64,000 nucleotides of DNA from Sulfurimonas sp. GTDB lineage: Bacteria > Campylobacterota > Campylobacteria > Campylobacterales > Sulfurimonadaceae. Made by a program: the position numbers and the translations under genes. Location of the stretch: assembly GCF_050296975.1 (NCBI RefSeq), contig NZ_JBNKRX010000036.1, forward strand, positions 40,019 through 104,018, read 5' to 3'. The notes under the pieces were generated by a model, which searched no databases, was not told the origin of the DNA, and worked only from the letters and a program-made list of their open reading frames with translations. Below are positions 18,550 to 28,283 of the stretch, piece by piece (the first letter of the stretch is position 1; each line of letters begins with the position of its first letter).

Positions 18550-21500
18550 ATGGCAGTTTTTGAAATAGATAATGAAGATATAAAAAGATTAGGGGAAGTA
18601 GAGTTACCAAAACTTGTGTATCAAATAATGTATTATGAGATAGCAAAGCTAAACTTATTAAATCAGGGATTACATATATCATTAAATACAAAAACCGGTG
18701 ATGGTGGTTCAGATGGAGAATTTAATATTTTTAATAAACAGATACCTGCTAACCACCAATTTTTACCAAACAACAGTATTGTATTCCAATTTAAAGCAGC
18801 TGAAATAGGTGCGAAAGCTTGGTTTGAGAAAGAAATTATAGATGAGAAAACAAAAGATTTAAAACCAAAACTAAAAGAATATATCCAGCAAAACTATACA
18901 TATATTTTAATTACCAATAGAACAGATTTACCAGCAAGTAACCTTGAGGCTAAAGAAAAAATTTTAAAAGATTTGTTTAATGATTATGGATATTCAAATG
19001 TGTCAGTTAAAATTATTGATTTAACAAAACTTGCAGAATGGGCAAATAGTATTCCTCAAATATATTTGACACAAAATCCTAATACAAGGTACTTTGAATT
19101 ATTTGAAAGTTACGAAAATGAAATACGACAAAATAGTGAAGATGTTGAATATGTGAATGATGAAAAAAGAGAAAGTGATATATTACAAATTAGAGATAAT
19201 ATAAATAACACTCTTAGAACAGGAACATCTTCATTTATTAGAATAGAGGGATTCTCAGGAATTGGAAAAACAAGGTTTGTTTATGAAGCATTAAATAATG
19301 ATGATTTTAAACAATTGGTTATCTATGTACAAATGTATAATGATGAACTTTTTGGAGATTTGTTATTATATTGTAAGAAACGTGCGGAAAACACTCAAGA
19401 ATTAGTCATTTTTGTCATTGATGAGTGTTCTTATGAAGATCATATCCGTATATGTAGAGGACTAAAACAATATTCAAATTTAGTAATAATTACAATTAAT
19501 CAACTTTTATCAGAGCAGGATAAAGTTAACTGTAAAGAAGAATATAGAATTACTTTAGAGGGTTTAAGTGAAGAGAAAAGTGTTGAATTGATTCAAAAAG
19601 TCAATCCAATTTTAGATAATGATATAGCTAAAAAAATTGCTTATTATACGGAAGGTTATCCAAGACTTGCATACTTTATGGCTAGTTCTTATGATGTTGA
19701 ATCTGGAGATACACATAGTGCTGATGAAAAGTCACAATTATTAGATAAAACACTTTCTACGATTACAAATGATGCAGATGAAATTGTTATTTTACAAGCA
19801 ATTTCAATTTTTAAGCTTTTTCCAGATAATGATGATGTGAAAATATATAAAAAAATTATTTTTGAACATTTTGATATTAATATAGCTAAAGCATCCGTCA
19901 TAATTCAAAAGTTGATAAAAAAAGGCATTATTAGAAATGCTGGAAGATTTTTGTATATAAGTCCAAGACCTATTTCTATTCATCTATTTAATCAGTTTCT
20001 ATCTACATATGATTATGAATTTATTGATGAATTATTTATAAAACTTGATAATCAAGGGTTAATGAATAGTTTCTTTGAAAAATTACAAGGTATTGAATTT
20101 GATTCAAGACAACACAAGGAGTTACTTTTTCGTATTCTATCGAAGCTCACATATGAACAAATAAATGATGAGTTAGGTTCAAAAATCTTCTATTCTCTTT
20201 GCTTAAAAGATAGAGAATATTCCATAGGTATGTTAACAAAATTATTTCATGATAAATCAACAGATGAGTTACTACAGTTTAATGAGGGGAGAAGGTATAT
20301 AGTATTTGCTCTTGATAAACTTATCTCTTTTGAAAATACATTTAACGATAGTGCTAAAATTCTATTCAGACTAGCCATGGCTGAAAATGAATCTTGGGGC
20401 AACAATTCAAAAGGAATTTTTAAAGATTCTTTTACATGGATACTGAGTGGAACAGAAGTAAATATTGTTGATAGATTGAACTTTTTAAAGGAACTATATA
20501 AGGAGTATTCGGACAAAGAAAGTAGGATGTTTTTATTAGATAGTTTATCTAATGCATATCCAAAGCATAGTTATATTGGTAGTCACAAAAATAGTGAAAA
20601 TTTTCCTGAAAATATCCCTGAACATTATCGTCCAAATACTCAAGATGAAATTGATGAATATTTTGTTAAGCTCAAAGAGTTAATAGCATTTTTGTATGAA
20701 CATTCCTCTGTTTATTTGAAAGGTAAAATTTTAAGTGATTTAATTTCAACGCTAAGAACTCTAATAATATATAAGCAAATTGATACATGGATTCTTGATT
20801 TTATAGTGCATAACTTAGAGGATAATACCCATTTAAAAGGAAAGTTTTTAGAAGAAATCTCTTTTACGTTAAAGCATGATAAAGGCGATAAATCAGATGA
20901 AGTATTAAAATATCTACACACTCTTAATAATAAAGCTCTTAGTACTGAAAATATTGATGAAGTAAAAGAGATGTTTTATTCAACTGAACAATATAGATAT
21001 CATGATGAAGATGTATTCAATCAGCACTGTAGATTATTAGCAGAAAATCTTTTTAAGACTAAAGATTTTGATATATTATTAAATAGTCATACTTCTAATA
21101 CTTTTTTTATAGGTAAAGAACTTGCATTAATAGATAGTGAAAACACTCTATATGATGATATTTTAGCTCTTATGTCAAAACTAGATAAAAACTCTAATAT
21201 GAGATTTATAACTGGGTATATATTTAACAATAAGATGAGTGATGAATCACAATTCAAGAAATTATTTGATGAAATATATAACAGGTTAAATGATAAGAGT
21301 TTAATGTTTGAATTTATTTATGCGTCTAATGGAAATAATGAAATTATTTTTGAATATTTGTTTTCACTTCTTGAAAAAAAAGAGATAGCTTCTGAAATGT
21401 TAGAACGCTTGATTTATGGTTTTTGGTTACGAGAAGTAAAAGTAGATGATTTTGAAAAGTTTATAGATAAAATTAATTCTATTATTGAAAATAAGTGTGA

Positions 21501-22278
21501 TAGTTTTCCATTATGTAGACAGTATATACAACAAAATAAAAATAAACACTTGATAGAAAAATATTTACCTTACTATATAAGCAACGATATATTAAAATGT
21601 AAAAATGTAAGAATAGACCGTGATATAGTGAGCATGACTGAAAGTTACTTGTCTTATGGTTTAGAATTTTCAACAACCTTATTAGAAAAAGTTTGGGAAT
21701 CAGTTCTAATAGAATTTAAGAATAATGGAAATTTTGAACGTAGTGAATTTGATAGTGTATATAAAATATTAGAGAAGTATCCTGATTTTTTTTGGAATAA
21801 ATTAAAAGATAATTTAGATGAAGTACAACCTTCTAAATATCCAACTTATAGTACTTATCTTCATTTTACTCAAGGCGGATATTTAGCTAGACATTATTCA
21901 AATTCTATTTTTAGAAATATAGATACTAAAAAGATTGTGGAATGGTTAAAAACCACTCCATTTAAAGATGCAAAATACTTAATTGCTGATTCACTTAATA
22001 TAGATTTTCAAAGCAATACTTTACCTGAAATAGTAATCAAGTTACTAGAAGAATATCCTAATGATATTGATTTGTACTATAGTATTACTGTTAAAAGTGA
22101 AGGGTGGACAGGGTCTTATGTACATGTGGCAAATGAAAAGATATCTAATGTTGATAAAATGCTTGAAGATAACAAAGATAATAAAAAAGTGATGGATTTT
22201 TTACTTTGGGCTAAAAAAAGTTTTGAATCTCGTAAAGAAAGAGCACAGAGAGAAGACGAAGAAAGAAATATATATTAA
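18550..22278 (+). CDS. Large STAND-like NTPase with N-terminal restriction-endonuclease-like domain (Avs-like defence candidate)
   Basis: N-terminal 'TGDGGSDG...IVFQFKA', Walker A 'GFSGIGKTRF', Walker B 'FVIDEC', 'EGYPRLA', and a long helical C-terminus; 1242 aa. Confidence 0.72.
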   Translation: MAVFEIDNEDIKRLGEVELPKLVYQIMYYEIAKLNLLNQGLHISLNTKTGDGGSDGEFNIFNKQIPANHQFLPNNSIVFQFKAAEIGAKAWFEKEIIDEKTKDLKPKLKEYIQQNYTYILITNRTDLPASNLEAKEKILKDLFNDYGYSNVSVKIIDLTKLAEWANSIPQIYLTQNPNTRYFELFESYENEIRQNSEDVEYVNDEKRESDILQIRDNINNTLRTGTSSFIRIEGFSGIGKTRFVYEALNNDDFKQLVIYVQMYNDELFGDLLLYCKKRAENTQELVIFVIDECSYEDHIRICRGLKQYSNLVIITINQLLSEQDKVNCKEEYRITLEGLSEEKSVELIQKVNPILDNDIAKKIAYYTEGYPRLAYFMASSYDVESGDTHSADEKSQLLDKTLSTITNDADEIVILQAISIFKLFPDNDDVKIYKKIIFEHFDINIAKASVIIQKLIKKGIIRNAGRFLYISPRPISIHLFNQFLSTYDYEFIDELFIKLDNQGLMNSFFEKLQGIEFDSRQHKELLFRILSKLTYEQINDELGSKIFYSLCLKDREYSIGMLTKLFHDKSTDELLQFNEGRRYIVFALDKLISFENTFNDSAKILFRLAMAENESWGNNSKGIFKDSFTWILSGTEVNIVDRLNFLKELYKEYSDKESRMFLLDSLSNAYPKHSYIGSHKNSENFPENIPEHYRPNTQDEIDEYFVKLKELIAFLYEHSSVYLKGKILSDLISTLRTLIIYKQIDTWILDFIVHNLEDNTHLKGKFLEEISFTLKHDKGDKSDEVLKYLHTLNNKALSTENIDEVKEMFYSTEQYRYHDEDVFNQHCRLLAENLFKTKDFDILLNSHTSNTFFIGKELALIDSENTLYDDILALMSKLDKNSNMRFITGYIFNNKMSDESQFKKLFDEIYNRLNDKSLMFEFIYASNGNNEIIFEYLFSLLEKKEIASEMLERLIYGFWLREVKVDDFEKFIDKINSIIENKCDSFPLCRQYIQQNKNKHLIEKYLPYYISNDILKCKNVRIDRDIVSMTESYLSYGLEFSTTLLEKVWESVLIEFKNNGNFERSEFDSVYKILEKYPDFFWNKLKDNLDEVQPSKYPTYSTYLHFTQGGYLARHYSNSIFRNIDTKKIVEWLKTTPFKDAKYLIADSLNIDFQSNTLPEIVIKLLEEYPNDIDLYYSITVKSEGWTGSYVHVANEKISNVDKMLEDNKDNKKVMDFLLWAKKSFESRKERAQREDEERNIY

Positions 22279-22320
22279 TATAAATTTATTTAATAGTTTG
22301 AAGAATTAATTATATTGAAT

Positions 22321-22349
22321 AATAGGAAAACTTTTAAAGTCTTCCTATT
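22321..22349. terminator. Bidirectional terminator candidate between convergent genes
   Basis: AATAGGAA...TTCCTATT inverted repeat. Confidence 0.55.
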
Positions 22350-22353
22350 GTTT

Positions 22354-23082
22354 TTATCTAATATATAAACCGCAAGAAGAAACACTGTCTTTGTATTTTG
22401 TAAATTCAGAACCAAATATTTGCTCTAGTTCTTTATCTTCATTTCTAGCTCTCCTTAGATTGATTAATGCAATAATTAATGGGAATAATAAAAGTAGGTA
22501 GCTAGTACCAGCTATTGCTGTTCCAAAAGCAAGTAAAAATTGTGATACATATATTGGATGTCTAAGACGAGAATAGATACCATTAGTTTTTAACTTTTGG
22601 TTGTTTTTATCTGTATATATGACTATGTTAGGATTCCAATAGCCATTAATTACTGCTCTTGCTAATGCTGCCATTCTTAGACCATAAAACATGATAATTA
22701 ATCCAATACTGGGTAGAAGATATGTAATTAGAAAGATATATTTATCTTCATATTTTTCTTGAACATTAGATGAAATATTATTAAGTATTGCTACATCATC
22801 AGATATTTTAGTGTTTATAATATCGTTAGGGTTGATATCGAACCATAATAAAAGTTGATTTAGAAGAACTATAGATACACCGACTAATTGAAAAGATATG
22901 TTGAAATTTATTTTTTCTTCTTTTTCTGCACTTATCAATTTTGAATTATATTCATCATGTTTACTTGCATACCAATATAAACTAATGAATACAAGCCATA
23001 AGAAGTAGGCAACTCTCAATGGAATAGGTATTCCATAATATAGATATTCTAAAGATTCTATTATTAGTTCTAAGATATTCAC
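22354..23082 (-). CDS. Isoprenylcysteine carboxylmethyltransferase (ICMT/PEMT) family membrane protein
   Basis: Multi-TM, 'LKTNGIYSRLRHPIYVS', 'EDKELEQIFGSEFTKYK'. Confidence 0.82.
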   Translation of the reverse strand: MNILELIIESLEYLYYGIPIPLRVAYFLWLVFISLYWYASKHDEYNSKLISAEKEEKINFNISFQLVGVSIVLLNQLLLWFDINPNDIINTKISDDVAILNNISSNVQEKYEDKYIFLITYLLPSIGLIIMFYGLRMAALARAVINGYWNPNIVIYTDKNNQKLKTNGIYSRLRHPIYVSQFLLAFGTAIAGTSYLLLLFPLIIALINLRRARNEDKELEQIFGSEFTKYKDSVSSCGLYIR

Positions 23083-23126
23083 ATATAATCCTTTTAAGAA
23101 AAAAATTAGGTAGAAAGAAATTCTAC

Positions 23127-23228
23127 CTAATTAAAATATATATCCCCTAATATCATTGTTAATAACGATATAATAGCAAGTATATATATAAGTATTAGAG
23201 GATAATGTATCACTTTTTTTGTTTTCAT
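23127..23228 (-). CDS. 33-aa hydrophobic peptide (below the track cutoff)
   Basis: AAAGGAG SD, MKTKKVIHYPLILIYILAIISLLTMILGDIYFN; the stop lies within a hairpin. Confidence 0.4.
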   Translation of the reverse strand: MKTKKVIHYPLILIYILAIISLLTMILGDIYFN

Positions 23229-23340
23229 CAATTTCTCCTTTTATCTAAATTGGAAAACAAATAAATTATATGCTTTATTTAATTTTGTAAAGTTATTCAA
23301 CAATTAAACTTATACTTATAGAATTCTATAGGATTGAAAA

Positions 23341-23685
23341 ATGCCAATTCCACCAATTCAAAAACAATTAGCAGAAAAATTAATGCATAGATATTGTGAT
23401 AATAAGATTCCAAAAGAATTACAAGATCAAATAAATTTGAAGTATGTAATTAAAGGAAACAATATCACTTTAGTGGAATCTAGACCTTTTTGGAAAGATG
23501 AAAGTAAATGGATTGATACAAATATAGCTCAAATACGCTTCAATAATGCAGAGAAAACTTATACTCTATATTATGCAGATAGAAATGATAAATGGCATTT
23601 TTATGAATTTTTAGAACCATCTCAAAATTTAGAAGATTTATTAACTGAATTAGATAATGATTCTATAGGAATCTTTTTTGGCTGA
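23341..23685 (+). CDS. DUF3024 domain protein
   Basis: 'GNNITLVESRPFW...IAQIRF...LYYADRNDKWHFY...IFFG'. Ends at the expected family C-terminus with TGA as a true stop, so code 11. Confidence 0.82.
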   Translation: MPIPPIQKQLAEKLMHRYCDNKIPKELQDQINLKYVIKGNNITLVESRPFWKDESKWIDTNIAQIRFNNAEKTYTLYYADRNDKWHFYEFLEPSQNLEDLLTELDNDSIGIFFG

Positions 23686-23697
23686 ATAACTTATTTT

Positions 23698-23952
23698 TTA
23701 GCCCTCAATCAAACTACTAATACTAATATTCAAAACTTTTGAAATCTTGTAAATATGCTCCAAATTAAAGTGTTTGTTGTATCTGACACTTTCACAGTTT
23801 GAATAAAATGCAACAGATTTTATACCTATTGCTAGGGCTAAATCAAGTTGTGATATATTTGCACTGATTCTAGCTTCTTTCACATTCTCACCAATCTTTT
23901 TATAAAAAGACATAACTTCTTTATTGCTTACATCACTTAACTGCTTTTCCAT
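23698..23952 (-). CDS. XRE-family HTH transcriptional regulator
   Basis: 'IGENVKEARISANISQLDLALAIG...FNLEHIYKISKVLNI'. Confidence 0.85.
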   Translation of the reverse strand: MEKQLSDVSNKEVMSFYKKIGENVKEARISANISQLDLALAIGIKSVAFYSNCESVRYNKHFNLEHIYKISKVLNISISSLIEG

Positions 23953-23956
23953 TTAT

Positions 23957-24025
23957 TATCCTATAGGTAAAGTAAAAGTTAAGGATATGAAAGATATGAT
24001 GCTTTAATCTATATCCTATAGGATA
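23957..24025. promoter_or_regulatory. Two palindromic operator candidates between the XRE gene and the divergent micro-operon
   Basis: TATCCTATAGGTA 23957-23969 and the perfect palindrome TATCCTATAGGATA 24012-24025. Confidence 0.55.
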
Positions 24026-24042
24026 AATATTAAAGGGAAGTC

Positions 24043-24153
24043 ATGAGTAATTATTGTAGTCATAATTGGGTTGTAGTTGGTCGTTGGTCTGACCAAACAT
24101 TAAAAAAGTGTACAAAATGCGGTATGAGTAGAATGTTTGGAGTGAACAGATGA
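24043..24153 (+). CDS. 36-aa Cys/His peptide
   Basis: AAAGGGAAG SD; MSNYCSHNWVVVGRWSDQTLKKCTKCGMSRMFGVNR; ATGA overlap with the next ORF. Confidence 0.5.
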   Translation: MSNYCSHNWVVVGRWSDQTLKKCTKCGMSRMFGVNR

Positions 24154-24305
24154 AACCAATATCATTTATAAGATTTTTTACTCAGATTGAAAGTTATACA
24201 AATAGTTCTTGCTCGATGTGTTCTTGTCAGCAGTTCATCATATCAAGCGACCCTCAATTCTGTGATAACTGCGGACATTCTCGGTCTTCTCATTATGGAA
24301 AGTAA
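24150..24305 (+). CDS. 51-aa putative zinc-binding peptide
   Basis: ...CSMCSCQQF...FCDNCGHSRSSHYGK; translationally coupled by ATGA. Confidence 0.5.
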   Translation: MKPISFIRFFTQIESYTNSSCSMCSCQQFIISSDPQFCDNCGHSRSSHYGK

Positions 24306-24373
24306 ACTATTTGTTGGAAATGTAATCATGCAAGATGTAGTAGCTGTCAAGATGGATGGTAATAGGAGGGTTT

Positions 24374-24469
24374 ATGAACTGGTTAGAAGCACTTTGGGGT
24401 TGGTTAGGCTTTATATTTAAATGGGTAGTAATAATTTCATTTATCTCTTTAGTTATTAAAGCATCCTAA
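24374..24469 (+). CDS. 31-aa Trp-rich membrane peptide
   Basis: AGGAGG SD; MNWLEALWGWLGFIFKWVVIISFISLVIKAS. Confidence 0.5.
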   Translation: MNWLEALWGWLGFIFKWVVIISFISLVIKAS

Positions 24470-24530
24470 ACATTTTTTTGACAAAAAATAAAAATCTTTA
24501 CAATTAAACTACAAACCAAAAAAAGGATGG

Positions 24531-24770
24531 ATGATGAAAAAGTTAATTTTTTTACTTTTTAGTACAATCCTTTTAGTTTCTCAAGCAAATGCTAAAGAGT
24601 ATACTAAAGAGGAAGAAGAAGCGATGATTCAACAAATTATGCAAAATCATAAAGAAATGAAAGAATCATCTAAACGAGTTGCTGAAGCTAAAGCTGAAAC
24701 TGAAAGTGCTAAAAGAGTTAATCAAAAACTTGACGAGATATTAGGTGTCTTGGAAAAAGACAAAAAATAA
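24531..24770 (+). CDS. Small secreted coiled-coil protein
   Basis: Signal peptide MKKLIFLLFSTILLVSQANA; AAAGGA SD; terminator hairpin at 24773-24801. Confidence 0.78.
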   Translation: MMKKLIFLLFSTILLVSQANAKEYTKEEEEAMIQQIMQNHKEMKESSKRVAEAKAETESAKRVNQKLDEILGVLEKDKK

Positions 24771-24872
24771 TGAAAAGGCTATGAAAAAATAGCCTTTTTT
24801 TGCACTTCAAAATAAAGTATGATACACTTTATCTAACTCCTAAACAATTTTACAAAATTAATAATCAATCAT

Positions 24873-26549
24873 ATGTCATTAGAACAAGCAAGTTCACATC
24901 TTAATGAATGACCTAGTATTAAAGATACACCTGAGTATCAAGAACAATTAAATCATAGAGTTAAAAAAATTGAAGAGTGAGAAAAAAATTATAAACACCT
25001 AGTACAAGTAAATAATGTATTAAATGTACTTGATATACCTGATGAACAAGAACAAATATTCAGACAAACACTTGATAATTTAGATTCACAAGTTTTAAAA
25101 GACTTAACGACAAAAACTAGATGAGAAATATTAGTTATTTTAGCTAATACTACCACTGAAAATAAAAACCTACAAACAGAAGAAGACAATAATATTATTT
25201 CAAAAGAATCAGAAGCTCAAAATAAAGAATATCAAGAAACTGATGAAAAATACGAAAAAATTAAAAATATACTTCCTGATTGAATTTATAACTGAGATTC
25301 AAAATATCAAAAATTAGTACAAGCATTAAATAGCTTTGACAATTTACAAGCTTGAGAAAATTCAAACGAAAATAATGATAAAAAAATAGAAGCTTTAAAA
25401 GTTATTTTAGATGAATTAAAAAACTGAGATGTTTTAAATTCTATAGTAAAAGAACTAGGTTGAGCTAATCCAAACAATCCACAATATCAAGAATTCAAAA
25501 ATACTTTAATAAATTTAGACCCAAGTTTTAAAGAGCTTTTAGCACCGTTGGAAAGAATAGAGCAGGGTATGAATCTAAATTCTAATGATGTTGTTAAATG
25601 AATTGAAAATGACTCATGAGGAATGGTAGATATAGATTTAAAATCTAATATCTCAAGACTACATCTTCCCGAAAGTGATTATAACTTTGAAAAAGAGTTC
25701 GATAAGCAAGAGCTTTGAAAACTTCAAACAAAATTTGATATTGAGATGAAAGAACTTAAGAGAAGTACAACTTCTCTTAAAGGCTTGTACAAGCCTTTTG
25801 CCTCTTTATTTAGTGAAGTAGCTAGTGTTAATGCAGAAAACAACTTTCAAGATACTCTAAAAAGCTCTGTATCAAAATTCCAAAGAGATGCTTTTAATGA
25901 TATGGATGATGTTTATGAAAATATGGATATTGATTCAAGTATTCAAATTAATGAGGCAGACATCAATTCTCTAGCAAGTAGTAAAACTCCTGAAGAGTTC
26001 AATGAAAAAAGAGAAAAGATCTTAGATAAATTTAAAAAAATAGCTACTGTAATTGAAAACAAAAAAGAAACAATAGAGCAAAACTATAATGATGAAATTA
26101 AAGAGCTTACAACTGAAGATAGTGAAACGCAAGAAAAACAAGTTGAAGTTTTAAAATATCTAAAATCTAGTGGATTTGATTTAATTCCAAAAGAAATAAC
26201 AGATAGACTTATAAACAGCATTCAAGCAGGATTACTGATAATCCCTTGACTTGATTTAAGTATTCAAAATATAGACCTTTCTAAGTGACATTTTTGAGAA
26301 AATTCAGCTTTTATAGATAAGAGTGCTTGAATCAACATAGGTGCTAAAACTAACCTTGTAAAGTTTATGAATAAACTGATTACTTGAGATATAAATGAGC
26401 CTTTATCTGTTGATGGAATATCAAATTGAGTGACGGTAGCTAATCCAGCTTTTCTACAAAACAAATTTTTAGAATCAAATATAGCTACAAGTATGAATTG
26501 GAATTATTGAAAAATGGTTGAGAATTTGAAAAAAGATGTAAGTTCCTAG
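24873..26549 (+). CDS. Hypothetical acidic, helical protein, 558 aa, code 25 (the track shows only 25746-26249)
   Basis: Full hand translation from ATG 24873 to TAG 26547-26549. 18 in-frame TGA, no internal TAA/TAG, E/K/N-rich. Confidence 0.82.
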
Positions 26550-26572
26550 AGTATTTTCTAGGAACTTTTTTT
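26541..26572. terminator. Terminator hairpin between convergent genes
   Basis: AGTTCCTAGA-GTATTT-TCTAGGAACT followed by a T-run. Confidence 0.6.
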
Positions 26573-26798
26573 AATTTAGATTATTATTTGTACTAGAGTC
26601 AGGATTACTAACAGGTGTCTTCACACCATTAATATCTCTGACATGATAATTTGGATAGTTCCCAGATTCAATTTGTTTCACAAATTGAGACCTAGTCATA
26701 TCATTTCCATTATAGTTATCATGAAACCTTTGGTTTCGACCAGTGTCACTTTCAGATGTAACAGATACGCGTTTTCTAGCCATCGTAATGACCTCCAT
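26571..26798 (-). CDS. Small conserved hypothetical protein (about 70 aa)
   Basis: 'MARKRVSVTSESDTGRNQRFHD...YHVRDINGVKTPVSNPD..TNNNL' has typical protein composition; the likely start is MARK. Confidence 0.7.
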   Translation of the reverse strand: MEVITMARKRVSVTSESDTGRNQRFHDNYNGNDMTRSQFVKQIESGNYPNYHVRDINGVKTPVSNPDSSTNNNLN

Positions 26799-26930
26799 TC
26801 TAAAGTTAAGGCATTAATGTAATTAATATCACTTTAACATTTTATATATATGTTCTTTTGATTTATAAAAATATGGCAAATTGCAAAAAATTATTATAAT
26901 ATAGCAAACAAAACTATAAAAAGAAAATAT

Positions 26931-27713
26931 ATGGATGATAATAAATATTTAAGACTTCCTAATGCAGATAGTACATTAATTAATGCACCTGATGGAAGTG
27001 ATACAACAATTGAAGTAGGTCTTTTTAAAGACCATAGGTTTGCTTTTTATTTTTGGTTTAAATGGTGGAAGCAAACAACTAGAAAACTTAATGATGATAC
27101 TCAAAAAGCACCATCACTTATATCTATAGATTGGCATCGAGATTTATGTGCTCCTTGTGATTCTGAAAAAACAGATTTGGAAAGTTTAAATTTAAATAGT
27201 TATAAAGAAGTTGCTTTATTTTCATGGGATAAGCTTAATCCCTTGAATGACGGACATATATTGTCAGCAGTATATTTAAATTTAATAGGTGATGTATATG
27301 TCTTGTGCAAACAAGATGAAGATTTAGAAGAGGAAAACTTTATTGACCGTTGGGGTTATGTACATAAAGTTAAATGTTTCTCAACTAAAGAAGAACTTTT
27401 AGCAGAAGTTAAAAAAGATCAAGTAGAAGATATATATTTTGATATTGACTTAGATTATTTTACAGAAAGTGATGAAGCATGTGGAGCTGGTGAAAATATG
27501 AATCTTAGAGATGATGAGGTAGTTTATATTTTAGATATTGAATCAGACTTTATGGATTGGATTTTTCAAAATATGAGAGGAATGACAATCGCTACAGAAC
27601 CTGAATTTTGTGGAGGTATAAAAAACTCTAATAAGATTTATGATTTATTAGATAGTACATTGTTTTATAGTCAATTATTTAGCTATGAAGCTAAATGGAA
27701 ACATTTACAGTAA
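26931..27713 (+). CDS. UPF0489-family protein (arginase/deacetylase-like fold)
   Basis: 'FKDHRFAF', 'ISIDWHRDL', 'FDIDLDYF', 'IATEPEFCGG'. Confidence 0.75.
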   Translation: MDDNKYLRLPNADSTLINAPDGSDTTIEVGLFKDHRFAFYFWFKWWKQTTRKLNDDTQKAPSLISIDWHRDLCAPCDSEKTDLESLNLNSYKEVALFSWDKLNPLNDGHILSAVYLNLIGDVYVLCKQDEDLEEENFIDRWGYVHKVKCFSTKEELLAEVKKDQVEDIYFDIDLDYFTESDEACGAGENMNLRDDEVVYILDIESDFMDWIFQNMRGMTIATEPEFCGGIKNSNKIYDLLDSTLFYSQLFSYEAKWKHLQ

Positions 27714-27817
27714 ATGCGTTGAAGATAAGTGTAGGGGGTGTAGTACTGATAGTTTAAAGAATTGATTTACTGCAAAAAATGAATATCATTTTTTGAAATA
27801 CTTTTTAATTTATTTAT

Positions 27818-28273
27818 ATGACATATATTGAAAATAACTTATTACCGAATGAAGAAATAATTTATGAAGGTAAGATACATGGATTTTATATATTTTTATT
27901 AGTAATGTGATTAATCATTGGTATGATTTTCTTTCTAATATGATTACAAGTACCTCCCATGTGGTTACTTTGATTTTGAATGATAATCGGGTTTGGATAC
28001 AACCTATTATTTTTCAAGTTAACTGAAATTGCTGTTACAAACAAAAGAGTAATTTTTAAAACATGAGTAATTGCTAGAAATGTATTTGAATTACAATTAC
28101 AAAAAGTAGAAAGTGCAAGATTAGACCAATCGATAATTGAGAGAATTATCGGAGCTGGTACATTAGTTGTAAGTTGAACTTGAGGTCATAATAAACCTAT
28201 GAACTATATAGCAAAACCTACAGAGATGAGAACAGTTATTTATGAAGAAATTGAAAAGCAAAAATCTAATTAA
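27818..28273 (+). CDS. bPH_2 (bacterial PH domain) membrane protein, 151 aa, code 25; absent from the track
   Basis: MTYIENNLLPNEEIIYEGKIH...'AVTNKRVIFKT*VIARNVFELQLQKVES...IIGAGTLVVS*T*GH'. TGA=Gly restores the TNKRVIxKTG and GTGG motifs. Seven TGA, ends TAA. Confidence 0.88.
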
Positions 28274-28283
28274 TTTTTGAATG

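Noticed and set aside
23341-23685. DUF3024 gene as a recoded gene with readthrough of its TGA
   Set aside because: The TGA falls at the family's usual C-terminus (IFFG/IFWG), so it is a true stop. This marks the segment as code 11.
13634-28273. Ordinary pseudogenes decayed by nonsense mutation
   Set aside because: More than 75 internal stops across the eight frames are all TGA, with no TAA, TAG or frameshift. Random decay in AT-rich DNA would favour TAA.
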